A stretch of DNA of 46,966 nucleotides from Chloroflexia bacterium. Lineage in GTDB: Bacteria > Chloroflexota > Chloroflexia > QHBQ01 > JADMIH01. The translations under genes were made by a program, and so were the position numbers. The notes under the pieces are model-generated. The model had not been told where the DNA came from. It did no database searches and saw nothing but the letters and a program-made list of their open reading frames with translations. Shown one piece after another: positions 1 to 8,891 of this stretch (position 1 is its first letter; every line of letters begins with the position of its first letter). The stretch is taken from the NCBI GenBank assembly GCA_038246925.1, contig JBBRVL010000001.1, positions 1 through 46,966 on the forward strand. Reading direction: 5' to 3'.

Positions 1-92
1 CCGACCGTTAAGGCTTCCTCCTCTTTCAGCGGAGGTAGAGAGCGAAACGTGAAACATGACGTAAGCTAATTCACGTTTCACGCTTCTTCCTA

Positions 93-101
93 TGATATAA
101 T
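93..101 (+). promoter_or_regulatory. Extended -10 promoter element (TGaTATAAT) placed for a leaderless transcript of the DUF971 gene
   Basis: tgatataat at 93-101 with the hexamer tataat at 96-101. The ATG at 108 is the 7th nt after the hexamer. The 6-nt gap leaves no room for a Shine-Dalgarno sequence. Confidence 0.45.
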
Positions 102-107
102 GCACCT

Positions 108-461
108 ATGAACGACAACGCGGCGGACATCGGCCCGGTTGAGCCTCATTCAGTGGTGATGGAAGAGGCAACAAACCGGCTTTTTATTGAGTGGAGCGAT
201 GGTGTCACAACTCAGTACCCAATCGAGTGGCTCCGCTGGCAGTGCCCCTGCGCCATGTGCAGAGGCGAGATGGGCGCGCCGGGCAGGCTCGACCACGTGA
301 AGACGCTGGCCCTGGAAGAGACCCAGCTTGTGAACGTTCAGCCTGTCGGACGGTATGCCGTGATGCCATTCTGGGCCGACGGCCATCATGATGGCATCTT
401 TACATATCAGTGGTTGCGTGCGAACTCTCAGGACGATGTCCTGGCCCGCCCCGAAGCATAA
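108..461 (+). CDS. DUF971 family protein (gamma-butyrobetaine hydroxylase-like N-terminal domain)
   Basis: 117 aa. Contains FIEWSDG...YPIEWLRWQCPCAMCRGE and a C-terminal FWADGHHDGIFTYQWL, the typical DUF971 pattern. Confidence 0.8.
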   Translation: MNDNAADIGPVEPHSVVMEEATNRLFIEWSDGVTTQYPIEWLRWQCPCAMCRGEMGAPGRLDHVKTLALEETQLVNVQPVGRYAVMPFWADGHHDGIFTYQWLRANSQDDVLARPEA

Positions 462-1424
462 GTGGACGCACCCTCAAAACGCACCGGCGCTGGGTCGCCA
501 CCAGCCAACACCCACATGCAGTCTGGAGATGACTCTCCCATAAGCCTACTTGCAGATTCCGCGTCGGATCAGGCGCTTGAAGCCCGCATCGAAGCGGCTA
601 TAGACCCGTGGCTGGCGCATATGGCCTGGCGCAAGGACTTTGCCCAGTGGCGCGACAGGCGCATCTGGCAGGAAGAGCACCAGGCCACCAGCTTGAAGGA
701 TGTCAAGGCGGCTCTTGGCCCCAGTGTGGGCGAGAAGCATGTGCTTGATCTCGGTGCAGGGATGGGTGGGCTATCTGTAGCGCTCTTGCGCGAATTAGGC
801 ACAGAGGGTCTGCGGCTGGAGGCTATGGATTACAATCACGCGTATTGCCTGATTGCACGCTTGCGGGCTCAGCGATATGGACTGCGTTTGCCGATAGTAG
901 TTGCCGCCGGTGAGCAATTGCCTTACGCCTCAGCCGTGTTTGATCTGGTAATCTGCCTGGATGTTCTTGAGCACGTAGCCGATGCGCCTTCTGTCCTGCG
1001 TGAGATGTACCGAGTGGTGCGGCCGGGCGGTACAGTATTGACGACAGTTCCAAATCGTCACGCCTTCCGCGACCCGCATTACCATCTCCCATTGATCAAT
1101 TGGCTGCCGCGTGCTCTAGCGGAGCGTATAGTGGAACGTGCGGGTAGGTCGAAATCCGGTGGACCTCTGCATGATCGGCAAGCTCTATCCGAGTTAAATA
1201 CCTATACCTGGGGACAGTTCCAGCGTCTTGCTGATACTACAGGGTTTCGTGTGCGGGATCAGGTATTTGAGCGGATACAAGGCGGCGAAATCAGATTACT
1301 AACGGGATTGCGCCGGACGTTGCTTTCCAGGCTCGCCCGAACGCCACTTCTGAGGCTCCTCTACAGCTTGTACAGGTATGGATGGCAGGGCACGTTTCAG
1401 ATTACTATGGTCAAACCCAGGTGA
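462..1424 (+). CDS. Class I SAM-dependent methyltransferase
   Basis: Motif I VLDLGAGMGG, then DLVICLDVLEHV and RVVRPGGTVL. The GTG start directly abuts the upstream stop, but the real start could be the internal ATG near 516. Confidence 0.8.
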   Translation: MDAPSKRTGAGSPPANTHMQSGDDSPISLLADSASDQALEARIEAAIDPWLAHMAWRKDFAQWRDRRIWQEEHQATSLKDVKAALGPSVGEKHVLDLGAGMGGLSVALLRELGTEGLRLEAMDYNHAYCLIARLRAQRYGLRLPIVVAAGEQLPYASAVFDLVICLDVLEHVADAPSVLREMYRVVRPGGTVLTTVPNRHAFRDPHYHLPLINWLPRALAERIVERAGRSKSGGPLHDRQALSELNTYTWGQFQRLADTTGFRVRDQVFERIQGGEIRLLTGLRRTLLSRLARTPLLRLLYSLYRYGWQGTFQITMVKPR

Positions 1425-2578
1425 AGATAGCTCTTTACAACCTCACTACCACCACGCGTTGGGGCGGTGTCGAGATGTTCGTCTGGGAGGTCGCTGCTCA
1501 ATTAGCCGGGCGCGGTCACAGGGTTGACATCATAGGTGGACGTGGGCCGCGCGACCTTGTGAGAAGCACACCCGGCGTCAGGGTGTTCCGGCTTCCCTAT
1601 TTAGACCGTGATATCTGGCGGAAACTTCCTTTAGTTTCCAGGCAATATACCCTTACCAAGCTGCTCGAACGGCTGAGTATGCTCCCATTTGCTGTCCCAC
1701 GCTTGTTGTCCGGGCGCTACGATATAGTTCACATCCAGAAGCCCTACGATTTGCCGGTTGGTCTCTTTACAAAGTTAGGTAGGGCCAAACTGTTGTTCGG
1801 CTGTCATGGTAAGGACTTCTGGTTTGGTGACAAGGCTTTCGTCCCTCTATCCGATGGCGCGGTCGCCGCGAGCAAGTATAATGCAACGCAAGTCGAGCGA
1901 CGGTATAAGATCAACCCCGTGGTGATCTATAACGGGGTTGATCTCGAGCGCTTCAGGCCAGAACCACTTCATCCCGGAACTGACGACGCGGTACTGGCAA
2001 GGCTAGGTTTGGAGCGATCTACAAGCCTCGAACCTGCAATCCTATATGCAGGTAGGCTGATTCGCTGGAAGGGCGTTGAGTACCTGATCAAGGCACTTCC
2101 TCTGCTTGAGCCAGCATCGACCCGCCTGTGGATAGCCGGAGAAGGGACATATCGCAGTGATTTGGAGCGTTTGGTAAGCGAGCTTGGCGTAGAAGATCGC
2201 GTACGATTCCTTGGCAAGCTGGAACAAGACGATCTGGTGTCACTTTACAGGTCAGCCGCAATGCTGGTGGCAACATCGTTTGTCAACGAGACCTTCGGCA
2301 TGGCGCTCTGCGAAGCGATGGCTTGTGAGGCAGCGGTGGTAGCGACCAACTTCGGTGGATTCCGCGAAGTGGTGCAGGATGGGATCACAGGCTTGTTGGT
2401 GCGGCCCCAGGACCCGGCTGATCTGGCGGCGAAGATAAATACCCTTCTGGCCGACCCGCAGCGAGCCAAAGAGTTCGGGCGGGCAGGGCGAGCGCGCGTA
2501 ATCAACGAATTCAGTTGGAGTGCGGTAACGGACAGGTTGGAGGAGGTATACAGGTGTCTCGTCCCCTCCTCTACGTAG
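1421..2578 (+). CDS. Glycosyltransferase family 4 (GT-B fold)
   Basis: N-terminus VKIALYNLTTTTRWGGVE. C-terminal EX7E-type motif ETFGMALCEAMACEAAVV. The GTG at 1421 overlaps the upstream TGA as GTGA. The ORF track's 1382 start would overlap the upstream gene by about 40 nt. Confidence 0.85.
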   Translation: MKIALYNLTTTTRWGGVEMFVWEVAAQLAGRGHRVDIIGGRGPRDLVRSTPGVRVFRLPYLDRDIWRKLPLVSRQYTLTKLLERLSMLPFAVPRLLSGRYDIVHIQKPYDLPVGLFTKLGRAKLLFGCHGKDFWFGDKAFVPLSDGAVAASKYNATQVERRYKINPVVIYNGVDLERFRPEPLHPGTDDAVLARLGLERSTSLEPAILYAGRLIRWKGVEYLIKALPLLEPASTRLWIAGEGTYRSDLERLVSELGVEDRVRFLGKLEQDDLVSLYRSAAMLVATSFVNETFGMALCEAMACEAAVVATNFGGFREVVQDGITGLLVRPQDPADLAAKINTLLADPQRAKEFGRAGRARVINEFSWSAVTDRLEEVYRCLVPSST

Positions 2579-3762
2579 CATACCCGATGAAACTGGACCT
2601 CGGCGCCGCCAATGCGATCCAGACATATCACACGGTGCGTGAGCTAAGCAAGCTGATACCTGAAATGCGTTTGGTCGTACCACGCTGGCTTCGTGAAAGA
2701 AGCGCGTTCTCAACTCTGAATGCGCTGCACCTGCCGCGTCCTGCCGTCAACAAGCTGTCCAGATTTATACCGTGGTCCGGCTGGTCATACGTGGAACGCA
2801 CCCTCTACAGCCTTATGCTCGTTGTACTGTTACTGATCTGGAGGCTGACGGGTCGGGGCTACAAAGTAATTTACGTCAGGGACACGGTATGCGCGGCCTG
2901 GCTTGCTCTGTTACGTCGGGTGCATGGAGCCTGCCTTATCTACGAAGTGCATGACCTGGAAGCGTCGCATCCGAGCAAGGCATCGAAGTGGCCCAACGCA
3001 TTATGGAGACGATTTCTTCCGTGGCTGGATCGACTGTCGCTTCAGCGCGCAGACAGGATTGTCTCACTTACCGGCACTTTCAAGGAGTGGCTTGTGGAGG
3101 GTGGATTGCGCAGGGCAGAGGATATCTTTGTCGTACCGGATGCCTTTGTGCCGCCGGTCGAAGGTTACCCGACCAGGCGTAGTGCGCGCCGCGATCTGGG
3201 CCTGCCCGCCGGTGCGTTTATTGTGGGATACGCGGGACTAACCTTTGCATACCGTAGGCTCGACCTGCTGGTTGGGGCTTTCGCACGTCTGGCGAGTATA
3301 AATAACGGGGCTCTTCTTATGCTGGTCGGGGGCCGTCCGTTCGAGGTGAGTGAGTTACGTTCTCTTGCGGACAATCTTGGGATTGCTAAGGAGCGGATAA
3401 TCACCCCAGGGCAAGTAGAGCATGATCGCACCCCTCTCTATCTTGCGGCTGCTGATGTCCTGGTGATACCCGATACGGTTACTCAGATGACCGCCTCTCC
3501 GCTTAAGCTCTTCGAATATATGGCGGCAGGACGCGCGATAGTCTGCAAGGAGATGCCTGCGCTGCGTGAGATAGTCGATGAGAGTTCTACTCTCTTTTTC
3601 CCCGAAGGAGATGCTGATGCCCTTGCTGCATCTCTGCTAAAGCTCAAATTAGAGCCTGCGATATGCGAGGCGCTAGGTGGGGAAGCACTCAAGCTCTCAG
3701 TGAAGTATACCTACAGCGCGCGCGCCAAGACGATAGCTGAAGTGGTGGCGAGTTGCAGGTAG
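2554..3762 (+). CDS. Glycosyltransferase family 4
   Basis: N-terminus VSRPLLYVAYPMKLDLGAANAIQ. C-terminal SPLKLFEYMAAGRAIV. Start choice is uncertain between GTG 2554 and ATG 2587. Confidence 0.8.
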   Translation: MSRPLLYVAYPMKLDLGAANAIQTYHTVRELSKLIPEMRLVVPRWLRERSAFSTLNALHLPRPAVNKLSRFIPWSGWSYVERTLYSLMLVVLLLIWRLTGRGYKVIYVRDTVCAAWLALLRRVHGACLIYEVHDLEASHPSKASKWPNALWRRFLPWLDRLSLQRADRIVSLTGTFKEWLVEGGLRRAEDIFVVPDAFVPPVEGYPTRRSARRDLGLPAGAFIVGYAGLTFAYRRLDLLVGAFARLASINNGALLMLVGGRPFEVSELRSLADNLGIAKERIITPGQVEHDRTPLYLAAADVLVIPDTVTQMTASPLKLFEYMAAGRAIVCKEMPALREIVDESSTLFFPEGDADALAASLLKLKLEPAICEALGGEALKLSVKYTYSARAKTIAEVVASCR

Positions 3763-5204
3763 CGATCCCGCCACCACCCGTTACCACACCGCCACGTAGA
3801 AGCCGCTGGTGGCACGAACGGCCTCTCTTGCTGCTCTGTCTGCTGTTCATCGTGGTTGCGCCGCTTGTTACCAGCCGCATTTATGCCAGCGACGAGATCC
3901 AGTACTTTGCTTACACACACTCGATCTTCTTCGATGGCGATCTCGATTTCAGCAATCAATACTTGCACTTTTACGAATCGGATAAGGTGAAGTTCGAGCG
4001 GATATATGAGGACCTCTACAAGAAACGTGAGCCGCTAACCAACCTCCCACTAAACGTGGCTCCTATAGGTACGGGCCTGCTCTGGCTCCCTTCATTCGGT
4101 CTTGCCCACGTGTTTGTGCTTGTGGCTAACGCCCTTGGCGCATCGATCCCGGCCAACGGGTACTCTCAGCCTTATATCGTGGCGATCTGCCTGACTTCTT
4201 ATGCTCTAGGCTGCATCGGACTTCTCCTCTCCTATTCTCTTGCGCGTCGCTACTTTGACCCCTGGGTAGCTGCCCTGAGCGTTGTAACTATGTGGCTTGC
4301 GACACCTCTCATCTTCTACACGGTGGTTGCGCCCCCATGGTCACATGCTACATCGCTGTTCGCGGTAACTCTGTTCTTGTGGTATTGGGATAGGACTCGT
4401 AGCGCAGCCAATCGCACGATGCGCCAATGGGTCTTCCTGGGCGCGTGTGCTGGGTTAATGATGCTGGTTCGTGAGCAGGATGCGCTGTTCATTCTAGTAC
4501 CTATCATAGAAGCGGCAGCACGTCTATGGACCGCCTTTCGGGAGCGCGACGCGGCAGTGCGACAGGTAGTATTCTCGTGGATGAGCGGACTCTTCTTGAT
4601 GGGGGTGACGGCAGGCTTGATCTTTGTGCCGCAACTGATAGCCTATCGTATCATAACGGGCGCGTTTGGACCGTCTAAAGTCGTCTTGGGTAAGTTCACC
4701 TGGACATCGCCCAATTTCCTCAACGTGCTTTTCGCGCCGGACCATGGTCTGATTCCCTGGACACCTGTAGTTCTGTTGGCTGCTATAGGGCTTGTACTTC
4801 TATGGCGGCGTGATAAGCTCCTAACTACGGCGCTGGCGGCTGCGATGTTGGTGCAGGTATACGTGGCCGGGTCATTTCTGACGTGGCAAAGCGCGGGGTC
4901 GTTTGGGCAGCGGCGCTTCATCAATAGCACGTCTATCTTCGTGCTTGGGGCGTGCGCGCTGGTCGCATTCGTGTTGGCGCATGGAATGCCCAGGTGGGTC
5001 CCTGTCGTTGTAGCCCTTATCTTTGTCGCGTGGAACGGGGGGCTGTTGATGCAGTATGCCCTGTGGTGCTCGCCCCAGCGCCAGGGCCTCGACTGGGCAA
5101 CCGTTCTGAGGGGCCAGTTGGAGATGCCTGTCCGAGCCTCTCAGTTGCTATGGGACTATGTCACTGATCGGAGTAAGTTTTACCGGAGCACCCGCCAGTG
5201 TTGA
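3753..5204 (+). CDS. Polytopic membrane protein, putative GT-C fold glycosyltransferase (ArnT/PMT-like)
   Basis: 483 aa with about 11-12 hydrophobic segments. An acidic DE motif follows the first TM segment (YASDEIQYFAYTHSIFFDGDLDF), as in GT39/GT83-type enzymes. The TTG start overlaps the upstream gene by 10 nt. Confidence 0.55.
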   Translation: MQVAIPPPPVTTPPRRSRWWHERPLLLLCLLFIVVAPLVTSRIYASDEIQYFAYTHSIFFDGDLDFSNQYLHFYESDKVKFERIYEDLYKKREPLTNLPLNVAPIGTGLLWLPSFGLAHVFVLVANALGASIPANGYSQPYIVAICLTSYALGCIGLLLSYSLARRYFDPWVAALSVVTMWLATPLIFYTVVAPPWSHATSLFAVTLFLWYWDRTRSAANRTMRQWVFLGACAGLMMLVREQDALFILVPIIEAAARLWTAFRERDAAVRQVVFSWMSGLFLMGVTAGLIFVPQLIAYRIITGAFGPSKVVLGKFTWTSPNFLNVLFAPDHGLIPWTPVVLLAAIGLVLLWRRDKLLTTALAAAMLVQVYVAGSFLTWQSAGSFGQRRFINSTSIFVLGACALVAFVLAHGMPRWVPVVVALIFVAWNGGLLMQYALWCSPQRQGLDWATVLRGQLEMPVRASQLLWDYVTDRSKFYRSTRQC

Positions 5205-5280
5205 CCTGCACCTGCGTGAGTGCTAGAATCCAGTCCGTGGCTAGCCCTCGCTACATGCTTGCGTCCCATAGGAACTTTTC

Positions 5281-6366
5281 TTGATTTCTAAACGCTTACT
5301 GAACGCTATCACCTGTATATCCAGCGAGTGCGCCGGGCGTGGTTCCCGACTAATCGCGCATTCTAACTCTGCCGACATTACCTCGCTGCGCTGCACAGTA
5401 TGTGACCGCGCCTACCATGTTGCTGAGGGCTATATCGACTTGATGCCGCCTTCTGACGCTGACGATACCTCCCATACTTCCCTGTATGTGGTGCATGAGG
5501 AGGAGTTCGCTGCTACCCTCGATTACCGGGCCATCTCCGTTCCGTTGCTTGGAGCCGGGGTGCGGCAGCGGGCCATCCGGCGGTTGCTCAAGCTGACCAG
5601 GGATGATCGTCTGATCGAGCTTGGTTGCGGCAACGGTAAATTTCTCTTTTGGAACCGCAAGCAGGCTGATTGGGTTGTTGGTATCGACCCCGCACCCTTA
5701 TTTGCGGAGGAGGCGTTGAGACGCATCGATCTCTGCCGGGCCGATGCGCGCAACTTACCTTTCGCTGATGGCACCTTCACTGCTGCCATGTCGATAGACG
5801 TGCTTGAGCATTTGACCCTCGATGGCGTAAGAACATACCTCGGTGAGGCGCGCCGTATTCTGACGCCCGGTGGGCGGCTCTTCCTATTCTCCAATACGCG
5901 TGAAGGCTCTCGGCTGGACTTCGTTGTAAGGGGAGCGCGCATCATGTCGAAATGGCTAGGCGATATTGGTCTCATCGACAATAAGCGGGACAACCTGAGG
6001 AAATCAGACCATGTCAAGGCGATTGCCACCTACGATGAGCTTGAGAGTGTGCTAAGGGGTGCGGGATTCAGGGTAGAGAAGGTGGTGTTCTGGAATGGGT
6101 TATTCCAGAGCTTGATAGAGAACCTGGTGGTCAAGCTCGGCGAGGCGGCGCTCCGCAAGCGTAGCAAATCAGTTATGGTGGAGACAACCAGTGTTGCGGG
6201 GAGTGATGCCGTCAGATCATCGGTTCGAAATGTGCTGGCACGGCGTGGTGTTGAATACAGACTTCTCCTGTTACTTACGGAGTTGATGTGGCTTGATCTC
6301 GTACTCTTCGGATCGTGGCGGGCCGGGCCATACTTTCTTCTTGCGCGATGCGAGGAGACGCCTTGA
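5281..6366 (+). CDS. Class I SAM-dependent methyltransferase with N-terminal Trm112-like zinc-ribbon
   Basis: N-terminal Cys pairs CISSEC ... CTVCDRAYHVAEGYIDLMP. Methyltransferase motifs IELGCGNGKF, SIDVLEHL and RILTPGGRLFLFS. The TTG start is uncertain. Confidence 0.8.
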   Translation: MISKRLLNAITCISSECAGRGSRLIAHSNSADITSLRCTVCDRAYHVAEGYIDLMPPSDADDTSHTSLYVVHEEEFAATLDYRAISVPLLGAGVRQRAIRRLLKLTRDDRLIELGCGNGKFLFWNRKQADWVVGIDPAPLFAEEALRRIDLCRADARNLPFADGTFTAAMSIDVLEHLTLDGVRTYLGEARRILTPGGRLFLFSNTREGSRLDFVVRGARIMSKWLGDIGLIDNKRDNLRKSDHVKAIATYDELESVLRGAGFRVEKVVFWNGLFQSLIENLVVKLGEAALRKRSKSVMVETTSVAGSDAVRSSVRNVLARRGVEYRLLLLLTELMWLDLVLFGSWRAGPYFLLARCEETP

Positions 6367-6388
6367 GAATATTGCCTTGAGAATATTG
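6361..6388. repeat. Perfect 14-bp tandem duplication (ccttgagaatattg x2) at a gene junction
   Basis: Copies at 6361-6374 and 6375-6388 are identical. Copy 1 holds the methyltransferase TGA stop; copy 2 holds the TTG start of the next GT4. Confidence 0.9.
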
Positions 6389-7564
6389 TATGTGGCCTCG
6401 GCAGTGGAGGCGAGCGGGACCTCAGGTGGCTCAACACACGTGCAAGAGGTGGCCTGCGGCTTGACTGCCCTCGGCCACGAAGTTCTGGTGTTAGCACGAC
6501 AGGCAACCGGCCATAACCAGAGTAGATTTGACTGTGGCGCCAGGCTGCGGCGGTCAACTTTGCCAAAGGAGCTTGCCTTGCTTGGCCGCGCTCAGATAGC
6601 GAGGGCTTTCCATCTGTTCAAGCCTGACGTCGTTATGGAGAGGTTCTATAATTTCGCCGGAGGCGGAATCTGGTTGGCCCATCGGCAAGGCGTACCCGCC
6701 CTTCTTGAAGTAAACGCCCCGATGATCGACCCACCTGGCGCTCTCAAGACGAGACTCGATAGGCTTCTTTTCGGCGTAATGAGGCGGTGGGCTGTACGTC
6801 AAGCCAACTGGGCATCGGCAATTGTGACGCCTCTTGCGTCAACAGTGCCACCCGAGGTTTCCAGGGAAAAGATTCACGAGCTAACGTGGGGTGCGAACGT
6901 CGCTACGTTCACGCCCCATTTGCGAGTGAGTCGCCCGGCAAGACTCGCCGCTCTTGCTGAGGAATTAGGGTTGCGATCCAATGGTCAGGTAGCGGTTTTC
7001 CTCGGGAGCTTTCGAGCGTGGCATGGTGCGCGACATTTCGCTGAGGCTGCCAGAAATTTGATCAAATCAGGCAGCGATCTCTCGTTCCTGGCGGTCGGTG
7101 GCGGGCCTGAGCTAGGGCCTGTGTCGGAAGAAGCCAGGCGGTGGGACCTTCCGCTTGGACGTTTGGTCTTCACCGGACCCCAGCCGCATGACAAGATTCC
7201 CGATATTCTGGCGCTCGCAGACATAGGTGTGGCACCATTTCATCTGGACGCGTACCCCCCTCTCAAGACATTCGGCTTTTACTGGTCGCCTCTAAAGGTA
7301 TTTGAATATATGGCGTCTGGGCTGCCTGTGGTCACCATAGATGTCCAGCCGCTCAATTCTATCGTACGGCACGAGCAGGAGGGTCTGCTGTTCAAGTCAG
7401 GCGATGTAAACGGCCTGGTGACTGCTATCAGGCGGCTTGAAAGTGACCGTGATCTCGCTGTGAGGCTCGGGGAGAGTGCGCGTGCCAGGGTTGTGCAGAA
7501 TTATAGCTGGGAGCGTCACTGCCAGGAATTGGACCTGCTCCTGCGGGGTATGGCCGGTGCGTGA
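6377..7564 (+). CDS. Glycosyltransferase family 4
   Basis: With the TTG at 6377 the N-terminus reads (M)RILYVASAVEASGTSGGSTHV. C-terminal SPLKVFEYMASGLPVV. The ORF track's 6293 start lies inside the upstream gene. Confidence 0.8.
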   Translation: MRILYVASAVEASGTSGGSTHVQEVACGLTALGHEVLVLARQATGHNQSRFDCGARLRRSTLPKELALLGRAQIARAFHLFKPDVVMERFYNFAGGGIWLAHRQGVPALLEVNAPMIDPPGALKTRLDRLLFGVMRRWAVRQANWASAIVTPLASTVPPEVSREKIHELTWGANVATFTPHLRVSRPARLAALAEELGLRSNGQVAVFLGSFRAWHGARHFAEAARNLIKSGSDLSFLAVGGGPELGPVSEEARRWDLPLGRLVFTGPQPHDKIPDILALADIGVAPFHLDAYPPLKTFGFYWSPLKVFEYMASGLPVVTIDVQPLNSIVRHEQEGLLFKSGDVNGLVTAIRRLESDRDLAVRLGESARARVVQNYSWERHCQELDLLLRGMAGA

Positions 7565-8891
7565 CTATTTCAGCAATCAGCTCAAGGTTGCGCTTGTGAC
7601 CGATGTCTTCCCTCCTCGGAGCGGTGGCAGTGGGTGGAGCACATACTATCTTGGTAAAGCACTCGCCGACCGTGGGCACATAGTACGTGTTGTGCGGCCG
7701 GTCTACGGTACGCAGGTCGTGAGGCCCACGCACAAGGTATCATCTTATGGTGGCTTACCTGTAGATGAGCTTTATGTACCATCATCGCCGCGCTGGACAC
7801 TTCGGGCAGGAATCGGTCGAGCGTGGGAGGAGCAAAAAGCCATCCGGCTCCTCAAACGTCGGTGTGCGCGGTTATCCGCCGATAGTGAAGTGGATGTCTT
7901 TCATGGTCAGCATCAAGTATCAGGCATTGCGGCTACGTTGAGTGCGCTGGCGGCCCGGCGTCAAGGCCAGCGAGTAATATCGGTGGTGACGGTGCGTGAT
8001 TACTGGCCCTTATGCCCTTCAAGTACGCGTCTTTTCCCGGCTCGCAGTGGAAAATCTGAGGAGTGCGGAGACTGCCACAACTACTCGAAATATATGTCAT
8101 GTCTATCAAACAGGGGTAAGCGCCGCGCGGCCAGATTGATTGACATGGCTCGCTGGCTGCGTACTCGCGCCCAATCCCGCATGCTTGCAAAGGCTGACGC
8201 AGTGATTGCTGTGAGTAACTATGTACGATCTGAGTTGGAGCGTAGTGGCAGGTTTTCCAGTGACAAGCTCCATACTATTCACAATCTAGTAGACCCGGAG
8301 AGCGTTGACAAGGCGGTGGCTCAAGGCAATGAGGTAAGCAAGACACTAGATGGTCGGTATGCACTCTTCGCGGGGAAGCTGGACGAGAATAAGGGCGCGC
8401 AGCTACTTCCAGAGGTGATGGAGGCTTCAGGGATTCGATTGCCTGTGCTCCTCGCAGGGGACGGGCCACTACAGTCGCTTCTTCAATTTGAGGCTGAAAG
8501 GCGTGGCCTCGATTTCCGCTTCCTCGACTGGCTGGACAACGACGCGCTGCTGCGCCTGATGCGTGACGCGAGGTGCCTGCTGTTCCCATCTTGCTGGCAA
8601 GAGCCTCTTAGCCGGGTTTTGCTTGAGGGCTGTGCTGCGGGTGCTGCGATTGTTGCCCTCGACTCGGGTGGTACAAGTGACGTAATCACGCACAGCGTGA
8701 GCGGCTGGCTCGCGCACGACACTGCCGGCTTCATCGAAGGGGTTAGGCTGGTATGCACTGATGATAAGCTCAACGAGACTCTGCGTCATGGCGCGCGACA
8801 AACCGCAACCACGACGTTCTCGGCACCGGTTGTGGCGCATCAGTTAGAAGACCTCTACGTGTCCCTGCTCACGAGGTTGGGCGCGTCATGA
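7557..8891 (+). CDS. Glycosyltransferase family 4
   Basis: LKVALVTDVFPPRSGGSGWSTYY near the N-terminus. C-terminal EPLSRVLLEGCAAGAAIV. The GTG at 7557 overlaps the upstream stop. Confidence 0.8.
   Translation: MRDYFSNQLKVALVTDVFPPRSGGSGWSTYYLGKALADRGHIVRVVRPVYGTQVVRPTHKVSSYGGLPVDELYVPSSPRWTLRAGIGRAWEEQKAIRLLKRRCARLSADSEVDVFHGQHQVSGIAATLSALAARRQGQRVISVVTVRDYWPLCPSSTRLFPARSGKSEECGDCHNYSKYMSCLSNRGKRRAARLIDMARWLRTRAQSRMLAKADAVIAVSNYVRSELERSGRFSSDKLHTIHNLVDPESVDKAVAQGNEVSKTLDGRYALFAGKLDENKGAQLLPEVMEASGIRLPVLLAGDGPLQSLLQFEAERRGLDFRFLDWLDNDALLRLMRDARCLLFPSCWQEPLSRVLLEGCAAGAAIVALDSGGTSDVITHSVSGWLAHDTAGFIEGVRLVCTDDKLNETLRHGARQTATTTFSAPVVAHQLEDLYVSLLTRLGAS

Noticed and set aside
5523-6566. Long antisense ORFs (5523..6029 and 6030..6566 on the - strand; similar ones at 2252..2713 and 8469..8840) inside the glycosyltransferase and methyltransferase genes
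   Set aside because: They lie opposite ORFs with clear family motifs. Their products are Arg/Ser/Pro-rich low-complexity strings, typical of shadow frames in GC-rich DNA, and they have no recognisable domains.
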